Below are positions 30,511 through 39,230 of a stretch of 64,000 nucleotides of DNA, piece by piece. The DNA is from an uncultured Flavobacteriaceae bacterium. GTDB lineage: Bacteria > Bacteroidota > Bacteroidia > Flavobacteriales > Flavobacteriaceae. The stretch covers positions 7,182 to 71,181 of the forward strand of contig CAYGQJ010000013.1 in assembly GCA_964351845.1 (NCBI GenBank), written 5' to 3'. Positions within the stretch are counted from its first letter, which is position 1. Every line of letters begins with the position of its first letter. The notes under the pieces were generated by a model. The model saw nothing but the letters and a program-made list of their open reading frames with translations. It did not search any database and was not told the origin of the DNA. Position numbers and translations under genes: made by a program.

Positions 30511-31620
30511 CTAGAACTCAAACCGCAATTGCACATCGATTTCTTTTTCTTCAAGTGTTGTCTTAGCTTTCTTTTTATCTTCTGTATTCAAATTAGACAG
30601 TGAGATGCCTAACAACCGTACACTATCCTTCATTTTTTCTTGATATAAAAGCTCTTTGGCGGTTTCTAGAATCACATCTTTGGTGCGTACATAATAATCG
30701 AGTGTTCTGCTACGCGTTTGTAAGGTAAAATCAGAGTATTTAATCTTAAGGGTTACCGTTTTTCCAGCGACGTTGCTTTTAGAAAGGCGTTTCTCCACCT
30801 CCTCGGCAATATGATCTAGGCGCTCCATCATAAAAACTTCTGAGGTAATATTTTCAGAAAATGTACGCTCCGCAGCAAGGGATTTTCGAATGCGATTGGG
30901 TTTCACCTGACTGTATTGAATCCCTCTTACAATATCATAATAATACGCCCCACTTTTCCCAAAATGTTGCGCCAAATATTCTTTGGACTTCTTTTTCATA
31001 TCCAGTCCTGTAAAAATTCCCTTTTGGTACATTTTTTCAGCCGTTACCTTCCCAATTCCATAAAACTTACGGATGTCAAGGGTCTCTAAAAAAGCAACCA
31101 CCTCCTCTGGCGGAATGGTTTTCTGTCCATTGGGTTTATTGATATCGCTGGCCACCTTAGCCACAAACTTATTAATGCTAATGCCCGCCGAAGCATTCAA
31201 TCCTGTTTTTTCTTTGATTTTCTGACGTATCCAGGTAGCAATCACCGTAGCACTGGGCATGCCTACTTTATTTTCAGTGACATCCAGGTAGGCTTCATCA
31301 AGAGATAAAGGCTCTACAAGATCTGTAAACTCATGAAAGACTTCTCGTATTTGCTTTGAAACTTCGTTATAGCGTGCAAAATCAGAGCGAACAAAAATAA
31401 GTTCAGGACATAATTTACGCGCTAGCACCCCACTCATGGCACTTCGCACCCCAAATTTACGCGCTTCGTAACTCGCTGCGCTCACTACGCCACGCTCACC
31501 TCCACCCCCCACAGCAATCGCTTTTCCTCGTAAACTAGGATCATCCAACTGCGCTACAGATGCATAAAATGCATCCATATCTACATGAATAATCTTACGA
31601 ATAGGGAGGGACGTTTCCAT
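30511..31620 (-). CDS. dinB: DNA polymerase IV
   Basis: IIHVDMDAFYASV, AASYEARKFGVRSAM, SLDEAYLD, AKVASD..KPNG; probable start METSLP (ORF track start 31656). Confidence 0.96.
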   Translation of the reverse strand: METSLPIRKIIHVDMDAFYASVAQLDDPSLRGKAIAVGGGGERGVVSAASYEARKFGVRSAMSGVLARKLCPELIFVRSDFARYNEVSKQIREVFHEFTDLVEPLSLDEAYLDVTENKVGMPSATVIATWIRQKIKEKTGLNASAGISINKFVAKVASDINKPNGQKTIPPEEVVAFLETLDIRKFYGIGKVTAEKMYQKGIFTGLDMKKKSKEYLAQHFGKSGAYYYDIVRGIQYSQVKPNRIRKSLAAERTFSENITSEVFMMERLDHIAEEVEKRLSKSNVAGKTVTLKIKYSDFTLQTRSRTLDYYVRTKDVILETAKELLYQEKMKDSVRLLGISLSNLNTEDKKKAKTTLEEKEIDVQLRFEF

Positions 31621-31677
31621 AACATGCAAGGTACGGATTAGCCTAGAAGTTTTCAATAGATATTGTACATTTGAGAT

Positions 31678-32346
31678 ATGCCAAAAACAGCCATCATATT
31701 AGGAGCGACAGGACTTACAGGAGGCCTCTTAACCGAACTTCTCATCAATGATCCTGCCTATTCAAAAATCAAACTCCTTACCAGAAGACCTACCACATTT
31801 TCCAGCCCTAAAATAGAAGAAGTCATTTGTGATCTGCTTAACCTAGAAACGGTCAAAGAAGAGGTTACAGGAGATGTCGTTTTTTGCTGTATTGGTACCA
31901 CAAAAGCCAAAACACCTAATCGAGATCTATATCACAAGATTGATTACGGAATTCCGCTAAAAGCTGCAAAACTTGCAATAGAAAATAAGATAACCACGTT
32001 TATGGTGGTCTCCTCTATAGGCACTTCTGCTAAAAGCCCGTTTTTCTATGTCCGTACCAAAGGAGAAATGGAACGCGATGTGCTAAAAATAGGGATCCCA
32101 CATACCTATATTATGAAACCTGCCTTTATCAATGGCCGTCCCGATGAAGATCGAAAAGGAGAAAAAAGCCTTAAACTCCTCATGCGTATCATGGACTTTT
32201 TTATGGTAGGACCACTTAAAAAATACAAATCTACACAGGCACTACAAATCGCCAAAGCCATGGCATATCTCGGGACACACGATCACAAAGAACAGAATGT
32301 GCTCAATGATCAAATCAAAACACTAAGCAATGCCTATAGCATTTGA
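31678..32346 (+). CDS. NAD(P)H-binding short-chain oxidoreductase (TIP30/YraR-like)
   Basis: ILGATGLTG, FCCIGTT, IDYGIP, FYVRTKGEME; TACATTTG -7 box at 31666-31673. Confidence 0.85.
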   Translation: MPKTAIILGATGLTGGLLTELLINDPAYSKIKLLTRRPTTFSSPKIEEVICDLLNLETVKEEVTGDVVFCCIGTTKAKTPNRDLYHKIDYGIPLKAAKLAIENKITTFMVVSSIGTSAKSPFFYVRTKGEMERDVLKIGIPHTYIMKPAFINGRPDEDRKGEKSLKLLMRIMDFFMVGPLKKYKSTQALQIAKAMAYLGTHDHKEQNVLNDQIKTLSNAYSI

Positions 32347-32740
32347 TCACATCACGGCACCTTCAAAAAACCTAGAGGCTTCCATTGCATTCTATAAAAA
32401 GATAGGAATGACACTTATTGAGATAGAACCTAAGCATCATGCGCACTTTGAAAATAAGGAACATCATACCATTTTTACTGTATATTACAACACAAAACGC
32501 CCAGAAGATGACGTCATTATTTACTTTGAAGTCACTCATATTGAGTTATTGGAAGTCCGCTTTCGCGAACTTGCCTCGCCAGCAGGCAGGAGCGAATACT
32601 TCATAAAAACAAACTACGCTACTTCCTGGGGAGGTCACGAACTTCACCTGAAAGACCCAGACGGAAATTGTGTAATTTTATATCAAAAGAATCAAACGGG
32701 AAATACCCCGCCTTGGCAAACCGCAACATATGAATCTTAA
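32330..32740 (+). CDS. VOC/glyoxalase family protein with an in-frame 21-nt repeat insertion
   Basis: FDHIT...FYKKIG...WGGHELHLKDPDGN; a split palindrome A plus B insert encodes RFRE-LASPAGR-SE. Confidence 0.8.
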   Translation: MPIAFDHITAPSKNLEASIAFYKKIGMTLIEIEPKHHAHFENKEHHTIFTVYYNTKRPEDDVIIYFEVTHIELLEVRFRELASPAGRSEYFIKTNYATSWGGHELHLKDPDGNCVILYQKNQTGNTPPWQTATYES

Positions 32741-33635
32741 TCAAATCACCATACCCTCCATAGACGTCAATCACGCTGTTGCGTTTTATAAAAAACTAGG
32801 ACTCCTACTCATTGTATACGTGCCTGAGCAATACGCTCGTTTTGAATGCCCCGATGGTGACAGTACGTTTTCTATCCATAAAGTAGACGAATTATCGTCT
32901 GGAGAGGGCGTCATTGTCTATTTTGAAATAGAAGAGCTTGACAAAAAAGTAGCCGAATTACAAGATCTTCACGGAGATACGATTCATTTTGACCTACTTC
33001 CTACAGACCAGTCATGGTTATGGAGAGAAGCCCGACTCAAAGACCCGGACGGGAATCAGCTTATTTTATTCCATGCAGGAGATAACAGGAAGAATCCGCC
33101 TTGGCGAATTAAAAGTGAAACTACAGAAGATTCTCGCCTTCGCGAGAATGAAAGTGAATCTTTTGAAATAGAACGTAAATTTTTACTCACCTCAGATGCT
33201 TTCAAAAAAGAAGCAAAGACCGCAACACGCATTACACAAGGATATCTCAGTATAGCCCCTGAACGCACGGTGCGTATTCGCACAAAAGGAGACAAAGGGT
33301 TTCTCACGATAAAAGGAAAATCAAATGAGAGCGGTACCACGCGTGTTGAAGTGGAGGAAGAGATCGCTTTCGCGAAAGCGGAAACACTTCTCAAACTCTG
33401 CCTTCCCGGGATCATAGATAAAACCCGATACGAAGTTATTATCGGAAAACACACCTGGGAAATCGACGAATTTTACGGAGAAAATGCTGGACTCCTACTC
33501 GCCGAAATAGAACTCTCCCAAGAGAATGAATTTTTTCAAAAACCCTCTTGGATTGGAAAAGAAGTTACTGGAAATAAAAAATACTATAATTCTTATCTTA
33601 GTACACATCCTTTCAAAGGTTGGGACGAAGAATAA
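32730..33635 (+). CDS. VOC family domain fused to a CYTH (triphosphate tunnel metalloenzyme) domain
   Basis: N-terminal MNLNQITIP...WLWREARLKDPDGNQLILF; C-terminal EIERKFL, ITQGYL, RTVRIR, LTIKG, KTRY, WEIDEFYG, LAEIEL, YYNSYL. Confidence 0.85.
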   Translation: MNLNQITIPSIDVNHAVAFYKKLGLLLIVYVPEQYARFECPDGDSTFSIHKVDELSSGEGVIVYFEIEELDKKVAELQDLHGDTIHFDLLPTDQSWLWREARLKDPDGNQLILFHAGDNRKNPPWRIKSETTEDSRLRENESESFEIERKFLLTSDAFKKEAKTATRITQGYLSIAPERTVRIRTKGDKGFLTIKGKSNESGTTRVEVEEEIAFAKAETLLKLCLPGIIDKTRYEVIIGKHTWEIDEFYGENAGLLLAEIELSQENEFFQKPSWIGKEVTGNKKYYNSYLSTHPFKGWDEE

Positions 33636-34150
33636 CGAACATAACAGCTGTTATTATGAAACTACGTATTCCTTTTTGTTGTCTACTATTTCTTTGTATG
33701 TCATGTGTACAACAAACGCCTCAAAGAGAATATATATTTACAGAAAAAGAAGAAAAAAAGATTCCTATCGCTTCTCAAATAGCGCAACTAAAAGCAGATG
33801 GCTACCAGATTTTTGACTATGTAGATGAAAAAACAGGAGATACGGTCATTATGCAACAATACTTTATGGCATTTTTAAAAAGCGGCCCCAATCGCGATCA
33901 ATCAGAAGAAGAGGCTACAAAACTTCAAGAAGCACACAGGGCACATCTAGGTCGTATGTATGAAGAAGGATATGCTGATATTTCGGGGCCTTTTGGAGAT
34001 GACGGAGAATTACGCGGTATTACCATATATAATGTACCTACCCTAAAAATGGCAGATAGTTTGGCCAACCTAGATCCTATGATGAAATCGGGTAGATTGG
34101 TTGTTGAAATTAAACCGTGGTGGGCTGGAAAAGGGTATCCGTTGCGGTAA
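33620..34150 (+). CDS. YciI family protein (probable lipoprotein)
   Basis: Lipobox-like LCMSC, YFMAFLKSGP, QEAHRAHL, ISGPFGDDG, DPMMKSGRL. Confidence 0.8.
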   Translation: MGRRITNITAVIMKLRIPFCCLLFLCMSCVQQTPQREYIFTEKEEKKIPIASQIAQLKADGYQIFDYVDEKTGDTVIMQQYFMAFLKSGPNRDQSEEEATKLQEAHRAHLGRMYEEGYADISGPFGDDGELRGITIYNVPTLKMADSLANLDPMMKSGRLVVEIKPWWAGKGYPLR

Positions 34151-34225
34151 CATTATGTATCCTAAAGTATATTGAACTCTCTATTTATAGTTTGCAATGC
34201 ATCATTAAAAACAATCGTATTTTAT

Positions 34226-34924
34226 TTACAAATCATCTGCTGTTCCTTTTACTGCTGGTTTAATGTTTTTTGGCAAATGAGATTTTAACATCTTTAATGT
34301 CTGTATTGCTGTTCCTCTTCCTATTATAACACCATTATTAGAACGAACTTCATACGTCCCCTTTTCATCAATGATTGGAATTACGATAGGTATATCATAA
34401 GTATATGGATACCCTGTACATCTACTAAAACAAAGTCTCATTAAACTAGTAAAAGGAAACAATTTCCCAATAATTTCATCCTGTTTAGCAATTTCTATAA
34501 ATTCTCGTAATTCTTTGAAATTCTCATTTTGGACATAGGAGTTCCATGCATATTCTACCTCTCTATTTTCATCAAATGCTATTGCTTTATTATTTGGCTC
34601 AACCCATGTAAATGTTTCTGATAATTTGTTTGTAGAAACATTATTTAAAAGCCAAAAGTCAATTACGGTCACCAATTCATTTAATTCACTTGTTTGCCCA
34701 TTTGCAAGGCAAACCCCATCTCTCCAAAAATCAGGCAGAAAAATATGCTTCTTTGATGCTAAGTAAATTTGAGAAAATTTGTTCCTATATTCTACTAGCG
34801 CATATGTCAAAGGAAATTTATCTATTGATTCATTTTCCTGAACCCTTAACGGTGATTTTATTTTTGCAAACCCACTATTAAGAGCATTATTTATGTTTCC
34901 GTATTTTTCTATTTCAAGATACAT
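34226..34924 (-). CDS. Hypothetical protein, possibly DUF6193-like
   Basis: 232-aa ORF, visibly AT-rich. The C-terminal LFPFTSLMRLCFSRCTGYPY..DIP resembles, from recall only, the DUF6193 family. Confidence 0.5.
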   Translation of the reverse strand: MYLEIEKYGNINNALNSGFAKIKSPLRVQENESIDKFPLTYALVEYRNKFSQIYLASKKHIFLPDFWRDGVCLANGQTSELNELVTVIDFWLLNNVSTNKLSETFTWVEPNNKAIAFDENREVEYAWNSYVQNENFKELREFIEIAKQDEIIGKLFPFTSLMRLCFSRCTGYPYTYDIPIVIPIIDEKGTYEVRSNNGVIIGRGTAIQTLKMLKSHLPKNIKPAVKGTADDL

Positions 34925-34964
34925 CCCCTATTACTTTTCTTTACATACACTCGCCAAAATCTAA

Positions 34965-35429
34965 TCAGACCCCTTTCAATAATCGTTTATCAAAAACAAT
35001 AGGAAGTTCATCCACAATCTTAACCTTAGAAAAATCAGGATGCTTTGGATTTATAAGAATATTATCATCTATGGGATTAATCGCCGAGGGAACGCTAAGG
35101 CATAAAAACTCAGCCTTCGCTACAAATTGATCTCCAATATCTAAAACAGTAGGATGTTCTGTTCTATGTATCCAATCTTCTGGCAAGTCCTCTAGAGCAA
35201 TACGACCCATGGTCATCGTCTTAGGAAATTCCAGTACGATAATTTTTAAATCTTTAGGAAATACATACACAGGAATATGCACTAATTTCTCAAGCATCGC
35301 CAGCGAACTATTTCCCGCTGTATAAAGCACCGAAGTCCCTTTACGGTTCCATCTTCCCCCATAAAGACGAGCCCCTTCGCCAGAGAGGTCTTTGGCATAG
35401 GTATCTTTGGCTATTCTATATACTCGCAT
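34965..35429 (-). CDS. RES domain toxin (NAD+ phosphorylase family)
   Basis: MRVYRIAK..Y..DLSGEGARLYGGRWN..G..VLYTA.NSSLAMLE.LVH, VPSAI, NILINPKHPDF. Confidence 0.92.
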   Translation of the reverse strand: MRVYRIAKDTYAKDLSGEGARLYGGRWNRKGTSVLYTAGNSSLAMLEKLVHIPVYVFPKDLKIIVLEFPKTMTMGRIALEDLPEDWIHRTEHPTVLDIGDQFVAKAEFLCLSVPSAINPIDDNILINPKHPDFSKVKIVDELPIVFDKRLLKGV

Positions 35430-35431
35430 AC

Positions 35432-35932
35432 TTATACGACGATACCATGAGCCATTCTATCTAATAAGATCTCTACAGAATCTATCCCGTAGGTGGTATC
35501 AAGCATAGACAACGGAGTTTGATTTTCAAAGGCGTAATTTGGGATACTTAACCATTTTCTAAACCCTTCTTTACTCCCAAAAAAATCCCATCCTTTTTCA
35601 AAGAGAATAGACACTTCAAGAATACGTTCTGTTTGAGGCGTAGATAATCGTTTTTTATCCTTGTGGATGCGCTCTAAGGTACGCTCAGAAATATGAAGTA
35701 ATTGTGCTAGCTCTTGTTTTGAAAAATCAAAAGCCTCTACAGCCAATAAAAATTTTGGATACGATAATCCTTCTCTAGAAACGTGAACTAATCGTAGCGT
35801 AGAACGATCTCCTACAGGGGTGTCACGCATAATAACTGCGGGTTCTGAAACTCCAGAAATATCAATATCACTCCCTGAAACTAAGTTTTGAACTAGGTTT
35901 CCAGATGTATTATAGGCCGTATCGTCACTCAT
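35432..35932 (-). CDS. Xre/MbcA/ParS antitoxin
   Basis: HTH (FSKQELAQLLHISERTLER), C-terminal WL..PN.AF..QTPLSMLDTTYGIDSV..LL.RMAHG; directly upstream of the RES toxin. Confidence 0.9.
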   Translation of the reverse strand: MSDDTAYNTSGNLVQNLVSGSDIDISGVSEPAVIMRDTPVGDRSTLRLVHVSREGLSYPKFLLAVEAFDFSKQELAQLLHISERTLERIHKDKKRLSTPQTERILEVSILFEKGWDFFGSKEGFRKWLSIPNYAFENQTPLSMLDTTYGIDSVEILLDRMAHGIVV

Positions 35933-35949
35933 AACTTTCTAAATTTACA

Positions 35950-35983
35950 CAAAGATAAGAAATTTGTCGTAAATATAACGACA
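35950..35983 (-). promoter_or_regulatory. Promoter -7 box and inverted-repeat operator of the TA operon
   Basis: TATCTTTG (35950-35957) with TGTCGT-N7-ACGACA (35965-35983) immediately upstream. Confidence 0.6.
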
Positions 35984-35994
35984 TTTGTTTAATT

Positions 35995-38361
35995 TTAAGA
36001 TTTTGAAACTTTTATTTGCTGTTTCAACTGATTCCCCTCTGCATCTACGACCGTAATGATATAATCTCCTTCTTCGGGTAAAACAGCGAGTTCATGAAAG
36101 GTTTCCGTATCTCCTATAAATCTATCATTCAGATACCAAAACACCTTCGTATCTGGACGACGATGTGCTAGTTTGAGAATCAAATCATTTCGTTTTCCAT
36201 CAAAATCTTTTGGTAAGATAATATCCTCATTCTTTTTTGGATATATAAAGGACATGGGCTGCTCCCCTAATAGATCACAATCTGGATGCATAGATGGTAA
36301 TTCGTTGTAGTCAGGATGCTTATTCGCATAATAATAGGCAATCGCAGGAGAGAGGACAAATCGCACTTCAGAGGTCATTTGATCTAACGCATAACAATCT
36401 GAATTTACACGATAATTGCCAGAAGCGGTAACATAGATCTGTTTGTGATATGCACAAGACGCACTATGAATCCCCGCGTTTGGAGCTAAAATTGTTTTTG
36501 TATCAAGACAATACACACTTGCTAAGGCACCACTTTTTGAGCAAATAGTCACTTCAGTAAGCGCATCAAAGGGTTTAGCAAACCACCTCCCTTCATTAGG
36601 CAACGTACGCAATACATCAAAAAACAAAGGTGCCGCCGCTTGTATCCCTGTCACACCCGGTCGCCCCTCGCCATCTGCATTGCCTACCCAAACTCCAATA
36701 GCATATTGCGGAGTAACGCCCACTGCCCATGCATCTTTAAAACCATAACTTGTCCCCGTTTTCCAAGCAATAGGTTGTGCATCTTCATAAAACTGCCAAT
36801 ACTCTTCCCCAGAAGGTCTATTGACTTCTCGTAAGGTTTCTAACGTATGGTAGATAGCACCTGCATCAAAAATAGGCGGGTCTGCAAAAACAGTAGTTTC
36901 CTCATGAGAAGCGTGAGGCATATAGGAATAGCCTTGAAAAGCCGTTTTAGTATATTCACTAGAAGTCGCCGTATACGTATTTAAGGTATGTGCTAGACCT
37001 GCGTAGGTTTTTGTCACTTCCCATAAACTACTCTCAGCACCACCTAAAATAAGAGAAAGCCCATAATAATTCGCCGACTTGTCAATATGTGCAACTTCCA
37101 TCTCTTGTAAATTAGTATAAAATTTCTCTAACCCATACCTACGTAACATTCGTACTGCAGGCACATTAAGAGATCGCGCCAATGCATTACTCGCAGGAAC
37201 CACGCCTTGAAACTCTTTATCAAAATTCTGAGGTTGATATCCATTAATATACGTCGGAATATCAATCACCAAACTCTGCGGTAAAATATCCCCTGCATCC
37301 AACATCCCCGCATATAAGAAAGGTTTCAACACGCTTCCTGTACTTCTAGGACGCATCACAATATCTACATCTTTTTGATGCTGACTCGTCGTAGGAGCAT
37401 TACCCACATAACCGATCACTTCTTTTGTAGCAACGTCCATGACAACAATAGCGAGGTTATAAATCTCATTTTGCTGCAATTGCGCATGATGCGCTTGAGC
37501 CAACCGATTCAACTCCTTTTGTACGGTATGTTGAATGGTAGTTTTCACTCGTTTTCCAGTATGTTCTTTACGGATGCGTTCGGTGAGATGCGGTGTTATT
37601 TGGGGTAATGGATAAGGTTTTCCTGGCAATTCTTCCAATATTGAAAGTTGATACGTACGCTCATCAATAATTCCTTTTTTCCATAGCTTTTCTAGAAGTT
37701 GATTCCGCTTTCGCGAAAGCGTACCCTCATTCTTCCCCGGCCGCACCATCGACGGGTTATTGGGGAGTACCGCTAGTGCCGCGCTTTGTCCCCAACTCAG
37801 TTGATGCGCCGGAAGCCTAAAATACCGCCAAGCTGCTGTTTCTAGGCCTACCACATTCCCGCCAAAAGGCGCATACGTCGCATACATCGATAGAATCTCC
37901 TCTTTTGAATATCTCGTCTCTAGACGCGTAGCTTTTACAAGTTCTAAAAGTTTTTCTGTGTAGGTACGTTGGGTATTTTTTCGCGAAAGCCTAATCACCT
38001 GTTGCGTAAGGGTACTTCCGCCGCGTCGTTTGTCGGTGGTGAGGTTTCCATAAATAGCTTTTCCCATCGCTACAGGATTAAATCCTGGATGCGAATAGAA
38101 ATACTCATCTTCAAACAACAAAAGACTCTGCTCAAACCGATACGGCACACTATCTAATGCCGGAAATCGCCATTGCCCATCATCTGCAATACGAGCGCCC
38201 AATAAATCCCCTGTACTACTCTCTACCACCGTCGATGTCGGATCTTTAAACAACGTAGCCGGTAAACAAAACAACCAATACAAAACCACCAACGCAAACA
38301 CCGAAAGCTTGATTTTATGCTTTCTAAGTTTAGAAATGACCTGTTGTTTGTTGATGTTCAC
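35995..38361 (-). CDS. pbpC: Penicillin-binding protein 1C
   Basis: FEDEYFYSHPGFNP, GGSTLTQQVIRL, RSTGSVLKPF, SLNVPAV, KTGTSYGFKDAW, C-terminal PbpC domain. Confidence 0.95.
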   Translation of the reverse strand: MNINKQQVISKLRKHKIKLSVFALVVLYWLFCLPATLFKDPTSTVVESSTGDLLGARIADDGQWRFPALDSVPYRFEQSLLLFEDEYFYSHPGFNPVAMGKAIYGNLTTDKRRGGSTLTQQVIRLSRKNTQRTYTEKLLELVKATRLETRYSKEEILSMYATYAPFGGNVVGLETAAWRYFRLPAHQLSWGQSAALAVLPNNPSMVRPGKNEGTLSRKRNQLLEKLWKKGIIDERTYQLSILEELPGKPYPLPQITPHLTERIRKEHTGKRVKTTIQHTVQKELNRLAQAHHAQLQQNEIYNLAIVVMDVATKEVIGYVGNAPTTSQHQKDVDIVMRPRSTGSVLKPFLYAGMLDAGDILPQSLVIDIPTYINGYQPQNFDKEFQGVVPASNALARSLNVPAVRMLRRYGLEKFYTNLQEMEVAHIDKSANYYGLSLILGGAESSLWEVTKTYAGLAHTLNTYTATSSEYTKTAFQGYSYMPHASHEETTVFADPPIFDAGAIYHTLETLREVNRPSGEEYWQFYEDAQPIAWKTGTSYGFKDAWAVGVTPQYAIGVWVGNADGEGRPGVTGIQAAAPLFFDVLRTLPNEGRWFAKPFDALTEVTICSKSGALASVYCLDTKTILAPNAGIHSASCAYHKQIYVTASGNYRVNSDCYALDQMTSEVRFVLSPAIAYYYANKHPDYNELPSMHPDCDLLGEQPMSFIYPKKNEDIILPKDFDGKRNDLILKLAHRRPDTKVFWYLNDRFIGDTETFHELAVLPEEGDYIITVVDAEGNQLKQQIKVSKS

Positions 38362-38391
38362 CTTGAATTTATGTTTATTTTTCTTGTTTTT

Positions 38392-38574
38392 ACCCCTTCC
38401 GTCAATAGCGCCGCTCTCGCTTCACTATTGCCACCTTCCCTGCCAGGGGAAGGAGCTCATGAGATAGTTATCTTTTAAACTTGGTGGAAATCTATTTGAT
38501 TTTCACCCCTTTTTAAGGCTCTCCTCCTTGAAAGGGAGGAGTGGCATTCGCCCAAGCGAATGACGAGGTGGGTC
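38392..38574. repeat. Family F hairpin pair (F1 forward 38392-38456, F2 reverse 38515-38574) downstream of DUF559
   Basis: ACCCCTTCCGTC-[hairpin]-GCCACCTTCCC..GGGGAAGGAGC and an inverted relative; repeated at 39017-39201. Confidence 0.88.
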
Positions 38575-38585
38575 AACCATCATCT

Positions 38586-38975
38586 TCATACCTCACATTC
38601 CTCATCTCCCAAAAAATGATCCTCAATATCCTTCAAAACACTCGGTAGCAAATTAAAAACCATCTTATTCTCAAACCGAATTACCGTTAACCCCTTGGAT
38701 GCCAGAAACTGTGTTCGTTTCTCATCTTTTTCTTGAGCCGTTGGATTCATATGAGGTTGCCCGTCTAATTCTATGACTAACTTCTCCGAAGCACAATAAA
38801 AATCAACGATATACTTCCCAACCCCATGCTGTCTTCTAAATTTTCTCCCCGCTAATTTTCGTTCTTTCAAATGATTCCACAAAAACGCCTCCGCTGATGT
38901 CAACCCATTACGCAATGATTTTCTAAAACCTTTCGTGTATTCCGGATCGTGGAGTTTTGGCTTTTTACTTCTCAA
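38586..38975 (-). CDS. DUF559 (Vsr-like) endonuclease domain protein
   Basis: RKSLRNGLTSAEAFLWNHLK..KLAGRKFRRQH.VGKYIVDFYC...KLVIELDG..H...DEKRT.FL...GLTVIRFEN. Confidence 0.92.
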   Translation of the reverse strand: MRSKKPKLHDPEYTKGFRKSLRNGLTSAEAFLWNHLKERKLAGRKFRRQHGVGKYIVDFYCASEKLVIELDGQPHMNPTAQEKDEKRTQFLASKGLTVIRFENKMVFNLLPSVLKDIEDHFLGDEECEV

Positions 38976-39016
38976 AATTGTGTTTTTTGTATTTCCTATT
39001 ATATTCTACTATTTTC

Positions 39017-39201
39017 ACCCCTTCCGTCAATAGTACCGCTCTCGCTCTACTATTGCCACCTTCCCCTGCTAGGGGAAGGAGCACTTACTAACTTTATTTT
39101 TTTTACAAGAGAAGCTATTTGTTTCTATACTTACTTTTTAAAAGCTCCCCTCATTGAAAGGGAGGAGTGGCATTTGCCAAAGGCAAATGACGGGGTGGGT
39201 C
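39017..39201. repeat. Family F hairpin pair (F1 39017-39082, F2 39141-39201) upstream of DUF559
   Basis: Near-identical direct repeat of the two elements at 38392-38574, with stem-preserving changes. Confidence 0.88.
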
Positions 39202-39230
39202 CGCTAGCCACTCTGCTACTTATCTACTCC

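Noticed and set aside
38392-39201. DUF559 cassette as a classical IS element
   Set aside because: There is no DDE, HUH or recombinase motif, the flanks are direct rather than terminal inverted repeats, and I found no target-site duplication. It is kept as a finding under a different hypothesis.
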